47,538 nt of DNA from Armatimonadota bacterium (GTDB taxonomy: Bacteria; Armatimonadota; Hebobacteria; CAIYQO01), in the NCBI GenBank assembly GCA_044344305.1, contig JBIJDE010000001.1, positions 1 through 47,538 of the forward strand, given 5' to 3'. Made by a program: the position numbers and the translations under genes. The notes below the pieces were generated by a model. That model was not told the origin of the DNA. It did no database searches and was given only the letters and a program-made list of their open reading frames with translations. Positions 17,309 to 26,722 of this stretch are shown piece after piece (the first letter of the stretch is position 1; the number at the start of each line of letters is the position of its first letter).

Positions 17309-20300
17309 ATGCTGAAGTACCTACGTTTACTGGTTGTCCTGTCGTTTTGTATGGCAGGTTTATTTGTTCAGGCCGCTGAATATGCCTGGATAGAGGGTGA
17401 AACGCCTACAAAGTCTGCTATTAAGTTTACCGGTCATGGTTGGGGCAATGCTTCCCTGCTGTCAGATGGGAAATGGTTGCGGGCTGATGTAAAGGCTGAC
17501 CAGTTGCCGACAGATGGTTCGGCACTGTTTAGTTATGATTTCACATTGGCTACTGCTGGCACATACGAGATATGGGACCGCAATGGGTTGCCTTCGTTGA
17601 AACAGCCATTCCAGTGGCGCATTGATAATGGTGCATGGAAAGATGTTACCGGCAACGATTATCCACAGGACTTGCAGCGCATTGAGTTCTTTTGTGAAGT
17701 CTGCTGGTGGAAACTCGGTTCTCAAGATTTAACAGCCGGAACTCATTCACTACAAATCCGCAGCAAACATACCACGGATAACGCCGGCAAAGTTACCGTA
17801 TCCAATATTAACTTCACTGCTGATGCATTTTGTATTTATAAAGGACAATTTAAACCAAACGGCAAGTATAAAACTGACGCAGCATGGCAAACAGAGACTG
17901 ACAAGCAAGCTGCAACCCAGGTGTTTTCTGTGGAAACTCCCAAAAATGGCAATCGAGTAATAAAATCATTGGCTGGCAACTGGCAGGTTGCACGTTATGA
18001 TGAAGAGGTTATCAGCGACCGTGATGGTGCAATTAAAACAATGCCAAAAGCAGAAGATTGTTATTGGGCAGGCATCAATGTCCCTGGTGACAAATATAGT
18101 AAACAGGAATTGAACCAATGCCATCGTTTAATATATCGCACCCGTGTTAATGTACCGGCAGATGCGGCAGGGAAATCATTCATCCTTAATTTCCCCTGCA
18201 ACAGCATGATAACCACCGTTTTCGTTAATGGTGTTTATTGTGGATTCACCCGTGCTCCATACGCGGCATGGGATTGCGACATCACCAAGGCAGTAAAACC
18301 CGGACAGGATAACGAGATTTGGGTAGGCATCAAAGATACTTATTATGCGCGGCCTGATATTACCCCCGGATTGTATTATATCCCCACTGAGCATTGGAAC
18401 GCACAGTGGGTTACTGAACGTTTTGATTTCCCGGTCGCTGGACGATTACAGACCGGCATGTTGAAAACACCAACGTTGACTGTTACTGGACCATCGTATG
18501 CTGCTGATGTTTTCGCGATCTCTTCAGTTAAAAATAAACAACTTACTCTGGAAACTACAGTGCAAAATCCGACAGATAAAAACTTGTCCGTTACTCTGCA
18601 AAATGAAATATTTACCCTTACTGGCACCAAGCCGGAGAAGGTTTTCGACCCAATTACCGTAGTTTTAACTGCCGGTTCATTTACTGTTGCCAGTCCAAAA
18701 GTAACCTGGAATGATGTGAAATTGTGGTGGCCGGATGACCCGCAGCAATATATCGCGGTGACGAAAATTGTCGTCGAAGGTAATGTTGTTGACACCATTC
18801 GCACAAAATTCGGTTTCCGCGAATGGGAATGGGCAGGAATAAACTTTAAATTGAACGGGGTTCCTTTCCATGGCCGCGCCGATCTGCATAATTATATGAC
18901 CAGCAACCCGGCGGGAATCGCCGATATGAAGAAAGATGGAACAACCATGCAGCGACTGTGGGGTAGCAATATTGAGACTCCCTCCAGTCTGGTTGATGTT
19001 TATGACGCTGCCGGTATGCCTGTTCGCTACACAGGCATATTTGATGGTCAGGGTGGCGCTTATGGCACTTTCCAGGGTGGTGCGCCATCACTATTCGCAC
19101 ATTGGAATGATCACCTGGCTGCCTGGGTAAAGGAATACCGCAACCACCCGTCAATATTCCTGTGGTCAATTGAAAATGAAATTACCTATATAAATGTTCG
19201 CAACTGGGGACGTACACGTGATATCGACCCTCTGATGCGAGAAAGCGGAAAATTAGTAATGTCCATCGACCCCACCCGACCGGTGATGGTAGATGGCGGG
19301 CGCGCGTTAGTCGATAACTCTCTGCCGGTATATGGATGTCATTACGAGGAAACTGCCCAGCGTGATTATCCAGATGAGGCATATACGCTGAATAAAATGA
19401 TGAAAGGTGTTTACACCTGGCAGGTATGGCCAATCGACCGCACCAAGCCAATCCTTATCGGCGAATCATTTTTTGCCCGCGGTTTCGCTCCGTCATGGTA
19501 TGCCGGTCTTATGGGCGAAGGCGCATTCAGTGGACGAACTGAAGCAGCCAAAGGTATTGGCATTTTCTCGAAAATGCTCTCTGAAGGATACCGCTGGAGC
19601 GATGTAAACTTCCATTACTGGCACGGCGATGAATCCAATATCTATTACAATAGCTGGCAGCCAATCGCGCTGCTCAGTCGGCAGTGGAACTGGTCATTTG
19701 GCAGTGGCGAACAGGTATTGCGAAACTTGCGCGTTTTCAACGACACTCATTATGCCGACCCGATAACCGTAAAATGGACATTGACCGGATCAGGTGGGAA
19801 AAGTGTTGTTGGCAGCGATAGCAAAGTATTTACAGTTGCTCCAGGCATGACCACCGATTGGGATGTAACTATTCCAATGCCAAAAGTGACAAAGCGTACT
19901 CAATTACAATTAATACTTACCTGTGAAGTGAAAGGCAAAGAACTCTTCCGCGATGTTAAAGATATTTCAATAATTAACTCGGATAATAATGCGAAACCAG
20001 CTTTGAAAGCTAGTGAATTACTGGTGCTTGATCTGAATGGATCAGTAATTGCACGACTGAACAAACGTGGTATTGCATTTACCGAAATAAAACGATTTGA
20101 AGATTTGCCACTGACCACCAACGTGGTTATAGTGGGTAAGGATTCTCTTACTCCTGCCCAGGCATCCAGTCCAAAATGGAAAACCTTGGCATCTATCGGT
20201 GCCAAGGTAATTGTGCTGGAACAAACTAACCGATTGCGCGACCAGGCTCTTCCCGCCGACCTTACCATTGTTGCTCCTACGGAATCCAATCAAAAGAGCG

Positions 20301-22348
20301 AATTCTTCGGCCGTATAGCTTTCCCGGAAAATCCTGAACACCCGGTATTCAATGGTTTGACTACCCAAGACTTTTTCACATGGTCAAACGACCATATTGT
20401 TTATCGTAACCCATACAAAAAAGCATCTCACGGTGCGACTTCGCTGGTGCAATGCGACCTGGAATTGGGTTATACCGCACTATCAACATGCGCTGTTAAC
20501 AACGGTCTACTCATTCCATGTCAATTAACCGTGGGCGAAAAGTTAGACAGCAACGCGGTGGCACAGCAGTTATTTGATAACCTGCTTAATTATGCCGCCA
20601 GTTATCAGCCAATACATAAAATAACCGCCATTACCATGGCACCGACTTCACCGCAAGGAAAAATGATTGCGGAATCCGGGTTGGAATATCAGACTATTCC
20701 TGACGTGGTAGAGGCTATCAGTAATTCAAAAATTGACATCGTTATCGCCGAAGCCAACCCGGAAACTCTGGCTAAACTGGCGAAAGAAAAGATAAAATTA
20801 CAGGCATTCACCGCTCGCGGCGGTTACATAATGCTCTGGGGTCTGGATGAAAAGGGGTTAGCCGACTTTAACGCCATCGTAGGCATCGATCACCTTATTC
20901 GCCAATTTGAAATGGAAAAAGTAACCTTGCCAACCACCGGCGACCCATTAATCGCTGGACTAACCATGCGCGATGTAGTGATGGAATCCGGTCAACAGAT
21001 TAACCTGTGGAGCGGCGACAAATTCATGGCTGATGATATCTTCACCAGTGTTGTGGATGTTAATGATGTGGCGGCATTCTCCACTATTCCTGATGGAAAA
21101 TATTACGGTTACGACGATTCCAAGCCAGGTTGGGACCATTGGCCACGCAATATGTTTAATGGTTTCACCAGCGTAGATTCATGGAAATATTGTTTCACCA
21201 TCGTACCGCCAAAATCGCCAACCGCGCACAAGTGGACGATGACCTACCCGCAGACAATGGAATTCACCGAAATGAAGATTCTCTTCACTGGAATTTTCAA
21301 CCAGATACAGCGGGTAAATCTCTATTTTGACAACGACCCGAAACCATTCACCTATATGGTTGGGCAAAATTGGAAAGATACCCAGACGATAACCCTCGAC
21401 ACGCCGCGCAAAGCGAAAGTGATTACAGTCGAATTGCCCGACTTTGCCAATACCACTAACTCAATATTTGGAATCGACAATATGTGGCTTTATGTTAAAC
21501 GTCCAGAGAACTTTGAAGCCCGGGTGAAACCACTGCTTAATATCGGCGCACTGGTAAAATATCCGATGGGTAAAGGCGGAGTTATTCTTAATAACCTGCG
21601 TATCCAGCAGACCGAAGGCAACCCGGTAAATTCCCAGAAGAAACGTAATATCGTATCTACTATTTTGCGCAACCTTAACGCCACTTTCAGCGGCGGCAAT
21701 GCTGTAGCGTCGGGATCTGGTTTCAACTTTACCCCGCTTGATCTCGGTGCAAAATGCAACGCTTTCCTGACTAACGACAAAGGCTGGCCGGATGTCCGCG
21801 ACCTTGGCATGCTGCCCAAAGGTGACAATGTACTGAATGGCGTGTCATACAATATCCGCGACTTTAAAACCAGTCCGCTGCCGTCATGTATCATGTTGGG
21901 TGGAACCGGCGCACCGGCAGGACTGCCAAATGCCTTAACCGCGATCCCGGTTGCCAAGAAAGCCGACGCGCTCTTCTTCCTGCACACCGCGCGTCAGTTT
22001 AAGAACTGGACCGCACCAAAAACCGGCGACCAGACCCCGCCAGTGGTTTTCCAATATGTTATAAACTACGCTAACGGAACTACCGAGATTGCACCTGTAC
22101 GTCTGGGTTGGGAAGTTGATAACTGGGTAAATGCCACCCCGCAAAATGGCAAAAACAGCACCGTGGCATGGGCAACATCATTCCCGAATGATAAATCAAA
22201 AGACCAGGCAGTAGCCTATCAATACATCTGGGCAAACCCGCATCCAGAATTGGAAATAACCTCAGTAGATATCGCCTACCCCGGCACTGGTGCAACCTAT
22301 GCCGTACCAGTATTATTGGGAATAACAACCGCAACAATGGGCAAGTAA
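17309..22348 (+). CDS. Giant secreted multidomain glycoside hydrolase family 2 protein
   Basis: 1679 aa with AAAGGAG SD and signal peptide 'LVVLSFCMAGLFVQAAE'. It has a GH2 sugar-binding jelly-roll ('FILNFPCNSMITTVFVNGVYCG...WDCDITKAVKPGQDNEIWVGI') and a TIM-barrel entry 'FGFREWEWAGINFKLNGVPFHGRADLH'. The acid/base region is 'HPSIFLWSIENEI'. About 1000 further residues follow, including flavodoxin/GATase1-like and discoidin-like segments. Confidence 0.7.
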   Translation: MLKYLRLLVVLSFCMAGLFVQAAEYAWIEGETPTKSAIKFTGHGWGNASLLSDGKWLRADVKADQLPTDGSALFSYDFTLATAGTYEIWDRNGLPSLKQPFQWRIDNGAWKDVTGNDYPQDLQRIEFFCEVCWWKLGSQDLTAGTHSLQIRSKHTTDNAGKVTVSNINFTADAFCIYKGQFKPNGKYKTDAAWQTETDKQAATQVFSVETPKNGNRVIKSLAGNWQVARYDEEVISDRDGAIKTMPKAEDCYWAGINVPGDKYSKQELNQCHRLIYRTRVNVPADAAGKSFILNFPCNSMITTVFVNGVYCGFTRAPYAAWDCDITKAVKPGQDNEIWVGIKDTYYARPDITPGLYYIPTEHWNAQWVTERFDFPVAGRLQTGMLKTPTLTVTGPSYAADVFAISSVKNKQLTLETTVQNPTDKNLSVTLQNEIFTLTGTKPEKVFDPITVVLTAGSFTVASPKVTWNDVKLWWPDDPQQYIAVTKIVVEGNVVDTIRTKFGFREWEWAGINFKLNGVPFHGRADLHNYMTSNPAGIADMKKDGTTMQRLWGSNIETPSSLVDVYDAAGMPVRYTGIFDGQGGAYGTFQGGAPSLFAHWNDHLAAWVKEYRNHPSIFLWSIENEITYINVRNWGRTRDIDPLMRESGKLVMSIDPTRPVMVDGGRALVDNSLPVYGCHYEETAQRDYPDEAYTLNKMMKGVYTWQVWPIDRTKPILIGESFFARGFAPSWYAGLMGEGAFSGRTEAAKGIGIFSKMLSEGYRWSDVNFHYWHGDESNIYYNSWQPIALLSRQWNWSFGSGEQVLRNLRVFNDTHYADPITVKWTLTGSGGKSVVGSDSKVFTVAPGMTTDWDVTIPMPKVTKRTQLQLILTCEVKGKELFRDVKDISIINSDNNAKPALKASELLVLDLNGSVIARLNKRGIAFTEIKRFEDLPLTTNVVIVGKDSLTPAQASSPKWKTLASIGAKVIVLEQTNRLRDQALPADLTIVAPTESNQKSEFFGRIAFPENPEHPVFNGLTTQDFFTWSNDHIVYRNPYKKASHGATSLVQCDLELGYTALSTCAVNNGLLIPCQLTVGEKLDSNAVAQQLFDNLLNYAASYQPIHKITAITMAPTSPQGKMIAESGLEYQTIPDVVEAISNSKIDIVIAEANPETLAKLAKEKIKLQAFTARGGYIMLWGLDEKGLADFNAIVGIDHLIRQFEMEKVTLPTTGDPLIAGLTMRDVVMESGQQINLWSGDKFMADDIFTSVVDVNDVAAFSTIPDGKYYGYDDSKPGWDHWPRNMFNGFTSVDSWKYCFTIVPPKSPTAHKWTMTYPQTMEFTEMKILFTGIFNQIQRVNLYFDNDPKPFTYMVGQNWKDTQTITLDTPRKAKVITVELPDFANTTNSIFGIDNMWLYVKRPENFEARVKPLLNIGALVKYPMGKGGVILNNLRIQQTEGNPVNSQKKRNIVSTILRNLNATFSGGNAVASGSGFNFTPLDLGAKCNAFLTNDKGWPDVRDLGMLPKGDNVLNGVSYNIRDFKTSPLPSCIMLGGTGAPAGLPNALTAIPVAKKADALFFLHTARQFKNWTAPKTGDQTPPVVFQYVINYANGTTEIAPVRLGWEVDNWVNATPQNGKNSTVAWATSFPNDKSKDQAVAYQYIWANPHPELEITSVDIAYPGTGATYAVPVLLGITTATMGK

Positions 22349-22358
22349 CTAAAATCAG

Positions 22359-22388
22359 AAATGTGGCACAATATTTTGTGCCACATTT
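22359..22388 (+). terminator. Palindromic hairpin terminator after GH2
   Basis: Perfect 13-bp stem aaatgtggcacaa / ttgtgccacattt with loop tatt. The stem ends in TTT and AT-rich sequence follows. Confidence 0.65.
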
Positions 22389-22415
22389 ATAAATTTCAGA
22401 AACTCTTAAAATGCT

Positions 22416-22540
22416 GTCACCGTATGGAACAGGGTCGCAGCCCGGCTCTCCATGTGAATGTCAATCCCTTGATTCGCAAGTGGATAAAATGGTAGATTCA
22501 GGAAAATCAGCCGGGCTCCCGCCCAGTTCCAAACGGTGAC
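22416..22540. repeat. Long imperfect hairpin element of the 'gtcaccgtRtggaa' family
   Basis: Arms are gtcaccgtatggaacagggtcgcagcccggct (22416-22447) and agccgggctcccgcccagttccaaacggtgac (22509-22540). They are about 32 nt with a few mismatches. The element is related to the hairpin at 36939-36993. Confidence 0.75.
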
Positions 22541-22649
22541 TGTGAAATATTACTTTTTCTCATCCTTATCTCCTCAAACATTTGTCCACACACATACAGG
22601 CGTGTATAATCAAAATTGATATTTATAAAACTTTACTGGAGAAAATATC

Positions 22650-23048
22650 ATGTTCAGTAGAATGGAACACTGTAATATTGCCGTTCGCGACATTGCGAAG
22701 GCGGTGCATTTTATCACCACGGCCCTACCGGATTTCCACATTCGCGGCGGTGATAAATCCGGCCGTGGTGAATGGTTGCATGTCGGTACCGACGATGCCT
22801 ACATTTCGCTGGCATACTCACCAGATGCAAAACCAGGAGAGGGATTAAGAGTTAACCATATTGGTTTTGTAGTGGAAGATGTCGTCGGTGTAATAACAAG
22901 GCTCGAAGCCGCCGGATACACACAAAGCTACTACCCGGAAGAATCCCAATGGCGCAAACGGTATTATTTCAACGACGATGACGGCCAGCAATGGGAGTTC
23001 ATTCAATACATGACAGAAGATCCTGCTTTGAAGAATGCTTACGATTAG
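22650..23048 (+). CDS. VOC-family (glyoxalase/bleomycin-resistance/dioxygenase fold) protein
   Basis: 132 aa with 'MEHCNIAVRDIAKAVHFI' (first beta-alpha-beta-beta-beta module with metal His) and 'NHIGFVVEDVVGVITRLEAAGY' (second module). Confidence 0.7.
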   Translation: MFSRMEHCNIAVRDIAKAVHFITTALPDFHIRGGDKSGRGEWLHVGTDDAYISLAYSPDAKPGEGLRVNHIGFVVEDVVGVITRLEAAGYTQSYYPEESQWRKRYYFNDDDGQQWEFIQYMTEDPALKNAYD

Positions 23049-23060
23049 GTTTTTGGGTAA

Positions 23061-23194
23061 CACAGAGATGCACGGAGGAGACACGGAGATTCACAGAGAA
23101 AAAACTCCCTCTGTCACTGCGGTGACATCTCCTCAATAGGGAGACATTAATAAAACATCCGTGAATCTCCGTGTCTCCTCTGTGCATCTCTGTG
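23061..23194. repeat. 134-nt nested hairpin element
   Basis: 34-nt arms cacagagatgcacggaggagacacggagattcac (23061-23094) and gtgaatctccgtgtctcctctgtgcatctctgtg (23161-23194) differ by 1 mismatch. The loop contains copy 2 of the tandem-hairpin element (23105-23145). Confidence 0.85.
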
Positions 23195-23325
23195 TAATAA
23201 AAAAATTGGAAATGCCTATAAAAATTATCTGTGGGACATAAACCATTACTCTTATACAAATCACTTTCAATTTCCCATAAATATCGCTATCATAATGGCA
23301 TACAAGACAATACCAGGAGAAAATA

Positions 23326-24156
23326 ATGCTCGATTTAAAAATAGATGATGCGCTTTGTACCCGATGCGGGTTATGCGGTAAGGATTGTATTGCGCGGATA
23401 ATTGCCCAGGTTGGCGATGCTGTGCCGGTAATCGCCCCGGAAGATGAGATTAAATGTGTAAAATGCCAGCATTGTCTGGCGGTATGCCCCACTGGCGCAC
23501 TGTCGATACTTGGCAAAAATCCTGCTGACAGCATTGATTTATCTACCGCATCACTGCCTGATAAAGAACAAATATCTAACCTGATAAAGGGCAGACGCAG
23601 TATCCGCCATTACCGCGATGAGAATGTTGACCCTGCGTTAATTGCCGATTTGCTGGCAACCCTGGCAAACGCCCCCACCGGCGTGAATAAAATGTCGTTA
23701 ACATTCAGCGTGATTGACGATAAAGAAACTATGAAAAAACTGCGCACCAAGGTGTTGACTACACTGGAAAAGATGGCAGCGGAAAACCGCATCCCAGAAC
23801 AATACGGATATATGCTGGCAGCCCCGGCCGCTTACACAAATCATGGTGCCGATATCATATTTCGCGGTGCTCCCCATGCCTTAATTATTTCAGCTCCACT
23901 GGACTCGCCATGTCCTAACCAGGATACTGCTGCCGCAGTCGCATTTTTTGACTTACTGTCACAAAGCGCCGGTCTTGGTACTGTATGGTGGGGAATGTTG
24001 AATATGGTTACCGGCCTGATGCCCGAGATTCGAGCCGACCTTGGTATCCCACCGCGCCATCCGTTCTGCGCCATGCTATTTGGCAAACCAGCGATAAAAC
24101 ATAGCCGTACCGTACAACGCGATGATGGCGCAGTAATTAGAAAAATCACCTTGTAA
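23326..24156 (+). CDS. Ferredoxin-domain (2x[4Fe-4S]) fused nitroreductase-family flavoprotein
   Basis: Two Cys clusters 'CTRCGLCGKDC' and 'CVKCQHCLAVCP' are followed by the nitroreductase signature 'RRSIRHYRDENV' and 'APHALIISAP'. Confidence 0.8.
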   Translation: MLDLKIDDALCTRCGLCGKDCIARIIAQVGDAVPVIAPEDEIKCVKCQHCLAVCPTGALSILGKNPADSIDLSTASLPDKEQISNLIKGRRSIRHYRDENVDPALIADLLATLANAPTGVNKMSLTFSVIDDKETMKKLRTKVLTTLEKMAAENRIPEQYGYMLAAPAAYTNHGADIIFRGAPHALIISAPLDSPCPNQDTAAAVAFFDLLSQSAGLGTVWWGMLNMVTGLMPEIRADLGIPPRHPFCAMLFGKPAIKHSRTVQRDDGAVIRKITL

Positions 24157-24195
24157 TCGTAACACAGGCGGCCCGCCTGTGAGATAAACAATATT

Positions 24196-24277
24196 CTATC
24201 GGGGACAGGCAATTATTCGGACTGCCACTATAACATAATAACAGGTTTAAAATTTCCGAATAAAAGCCAGTCCCCTT
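24196..24277 (+). repeat. ~82-nt structured dispersed element ('A element'), full copy
   Basis: It runs ctatcggggacaggc ... agccagtcccctt. The inner helix is ttattcgg (24213-24220) / ccgaataa (24256-24263). It is homologous to 4123-4203 and 43672-43753. Confidence 0.8.
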
Positions 24278-24353
24278 ATACAGCCGATCTTTCTTATAAT
24301 TACAATTGCTTTAATTTAAGTAACCGGTATATTAGAAAGTATTTGTATTAAAA

Positions 24354-24432
24354 AAGGGGACTGGCTCGAATATCGTAATTACTGATTTTTCTCTTTTTCA
24401 ACAAACCGATATTCGCTGCCTGTACCCGACAG
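24354..24432 (-). repeat. Diverged 'A element' copy in inverted orientation
   Basis: The reverse complement reads ctgtcgggtacaggc ... agccagtcccctt. The inner helix is cgaatatcg (24367-24375) / cgatattcg (24407-24415). The loop sequence is unrelated to the other copies. Confidence 0.7.
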
Positions 24433-24472
24433 TATCACTCAATTTGCAATTACACTCAACCAGGAGCATTCC

Positions 24473-26560
24473 ATGTCAAAAAAAATAACCGTTCACATTA
24501 TAGCTAACGCCCATCTTGACCCGGTTTGGCTGTGGCCGTGGCAAGCCGGTCTGGACGAGGTGTTGGCTACTTGCCGCACTATGTGTGATTTGATGGATGA
24601 ATATCCTGATTTCGTATTCACTGCCGGTGAGGCGTGGCGATACCAGCAGATTGAGTCCATTGACCCGGCACTTCTTGAACGCATTAAGGGCAAAGTGGCG
24701 AATGGGCAATGGTCGTTGGTGGGCGGTTGGTGGATTCAGCCGGATTGTAATTTCCCCGGTGGTGTTGGATTTGAACGGCAGATTGGTGTGGGAAAACGAT
24801 ATTTTGAAAAGACATTCGGACAATTCCCCGAAGTCGCCTATAACGTTGATAGTTTTGGTCATGCCGCGACCCTGCCCGGATATATGCATGCCGCCGGGCA
24901 AAAATATTACGTGATGATGCGTCCGCAGGAATATGAAATGAACTTGCCGGCACGAATGTTCCGTTGGCAAGGATTTCCCGACACACCAGAGATTTTAACA
25001 TTCCGCATTGCCGGTTGTTACAACGCGTCTGGTGACGATATCACCGGGCATATCCGACAATCTACGGAGAACTTGCCGGATGGCATCACCGATACCATGT
25101 GTTTTGTCGGTGCTGGCGACCATGGCGGTGGACCTACCGCAAAACTGTTGAATTGGCTAATTGAACATAAAAACTCTATTGACGGATGCGAATTGGTACT
25201 GTCATCACCGCAGCGATTCTTTGAAACTATTGCCGAACAGCAAGATAAATTGCCGTTGGTGACCGGTGAATTGCAGCACCACGCCATCGGATGTTATACC
25301 GTGGTACGCGGCATAAAGATCAGGGTTCGCCAGGCGGAACATCGGCTGAATCAGGTAGAGATTATCGCCGCTAATGGTAACGAACAGACTCTTGAAAAAG
25401 GCTGGCGCACCGTAGCCTTCAACCATTTCCACGATATTCTGGGCGGCACCAGTCTACCCAGCGCATACGAACAGCAATACAATCAACTAAGCGGAACAAT
25501 CGCCGACGCCGACGAGATTTTGCAATATGAACTGCGCAAGAGAATGGTGAAACTACCAGCCGATAAAATGCAGAGAATAGTTTTCTTGAACGCGTCAGAT
25601 GTTGCGTATGACGGTTATGTAGAATGCGAGCCAAAATTTGTCAGTGGCGGACGCTTGTTGGATGAAAAAGACGCTGAAGTGCCTGTACAAATGATGCAGT
25701 CGGAACAGGTAAATGGATGGTTCAAACGATTGCTGATGCCATTACATGTTGAACCAAACAGCCTTAGAATAATTCGTCTGGAACCAAATGTAATACAAAA
25801 TGTCTCGTCAGCCATTAAAACCACCAGCGATTCTATCAGCAATGCAGACGGCACAGGTATATCATTAGGCGCAAACGGCAAGATATCTTTTGCCGGCGGA
25901 AATGAAATATCTTTGCCGCGCCTTGACCTGATAAATGACTTCTCGGATAACTGGACCCATGTGATTGACCGCTATGCTGAAGGCCCGGTCACCTCGCCGG
26001 TGTGGTCGTCCCCCTATATTATCGATAATGGCCCGCTAATGGCGTCTATGGCGCAAATAGGGAAGATTGGCGATAGCACATTGAATGCGGAATGGCGGGT
26101 GTATGCAAACGCGCCATACGTAGAATTAATTTTGAAGATAAATTGGCGCGAACAATTCAAATTGTTGAAACTAACCTGTCCGTTAAATGAAAATAGTCCA
26201 AACGATCGAATCGACGGCATCCCCGGCGCATCAATAGCGCGGCCAAATATCGGCAGAGAAACACCACTGCGCGACTGGACGAAAATTGGTGACCTGGCAG
26301 TAGTATCACCAGATGTCTACGCGGTTGATGTCACCACTGCCCGGGCACGTTTCACCCTACTACGCAGTCCGATAATCACTCACCACCACCCTGACCAGGC
26401 AACCGCAATGCGGACAACCATCGCCGACCAGGGAGAACACACCTTCCGCTTCCGGTTTATGAATGATGCAGCCATCACCCCGGAAACCCTCGACAAACAG
26501 GCACTGATGATGCATCGTCCATTATTAGTAGCAGATTTAACGAAGGGTATGCCGAGGTAG
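24473..26560 (+). CDS. Glycoside hydrolase family 38 alpha-mannosidase-like protein (short, cytoplasmic form)
   Basis: GH38 N-terminal signature 'HIIANAHLDPVWLWPW' and 'FVFTAGEAWRYQ'. Metal/nucleophile region 'YNVDSFGH' and 'GAGDHGGGP'. No signal peptide. 695 aa is shorter than the classical roughly 900-1000 aa enzymes. Confidence 0.75.
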   Translation: MSKKITVHIIANAHLDPVWLWPWQAGLDEVLATCRTMCDLMDEYPDFVFTAGEAWRYQQIESIDPALLERIKGKVANGQWSLVGGWWIQPDCNFPGGVGFERQIGVGKRYFEKTFGQFPEVAYNVDSFGHAATLPGYMHAAGQKYYVMMRPQEYEMNLPARMFRWQGFPDTPEILTFRIAGCYNASGDDITGHIRQSTENLPDGITDTMCFVGAGDHGGGPTAKLLNWLIEHKNSIDGCELVLSSPQRFFETIAEQQDKLPLVTGELQHHAIGCYTVVRGIKIRVRQAEHRLNQVEIIAANGNEQTLEKGWRTVAFNHFHDILGGTSLPSAYEQQYNQLSGTIADADEILQYELRKRMVKLPADKMQRIVFLNASDVAYDGYVECEPKFVSGGRLLDEKDAEVPVQMMQSEQVNGWFKRLLMPLHVEPNSLRIIRLEPNVIQNVSSAIKTTSDSISNADGTGISLGANGKISFAGGNEISLPRLDLINDFSDNWTHVIDRYAEGPVTSPVWSSPYIIDNGPLMASMAQIGKIGDSTLNAEWRVYANAPYVELILKINWREQFKLLKLTCPLNENSPNDRIDGIPGASIARPNIGRETPLRDWTKIGDLAVVSPDVYAVDVTTARARFTLLRSPIITHHHPDQATAMRTTIADQGEHTFRFRFMNDAAITPETLDKQALMMHRPLLVADLTKGMPR

Positions 26561-26687
26561 TGGAAGAGAGAAGAGTGAGGGGAGAAGAGAGGAAATGTGA
26601 CGTCACCGTCTCGGTGACGCTGATTGAATTGGAAAACCTTGCGGTTTGGCCTTTTATTATCGGACTGATCGGACTGATCCGACTGAT
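26561..26687. repeat. Cluster of three small dispersed elements
   Basis: The cluster holds a polypurine tract at 26561-26595. It also holds hairpin cgtcaccg-tct-cggtgacg at 26601-26619, whose twin lies at 42136-42154 with loop tcc. The third is tcggactgatcggactgatccgactgat at 26660-26687, related to 43761-43789. Confidence 0.75.
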
Positions 26688-26722
26688 AAAACTTTGAAGA
26701 CTAAATACTGAAGGAGAAAATT

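Noticed and set aside
22477-22588. Two DnaA-box-like 9-mers (tttatccac on the minus strand near 22480; ttgtccaca near 22580) suggesting an origin
   Set aside because: There are only two imperfect boxes, and one lies in the loop of a dispersed hairpin element. There is no AT-rich unwinding element, no box cluster, and no dnaA/dnaN nearby.
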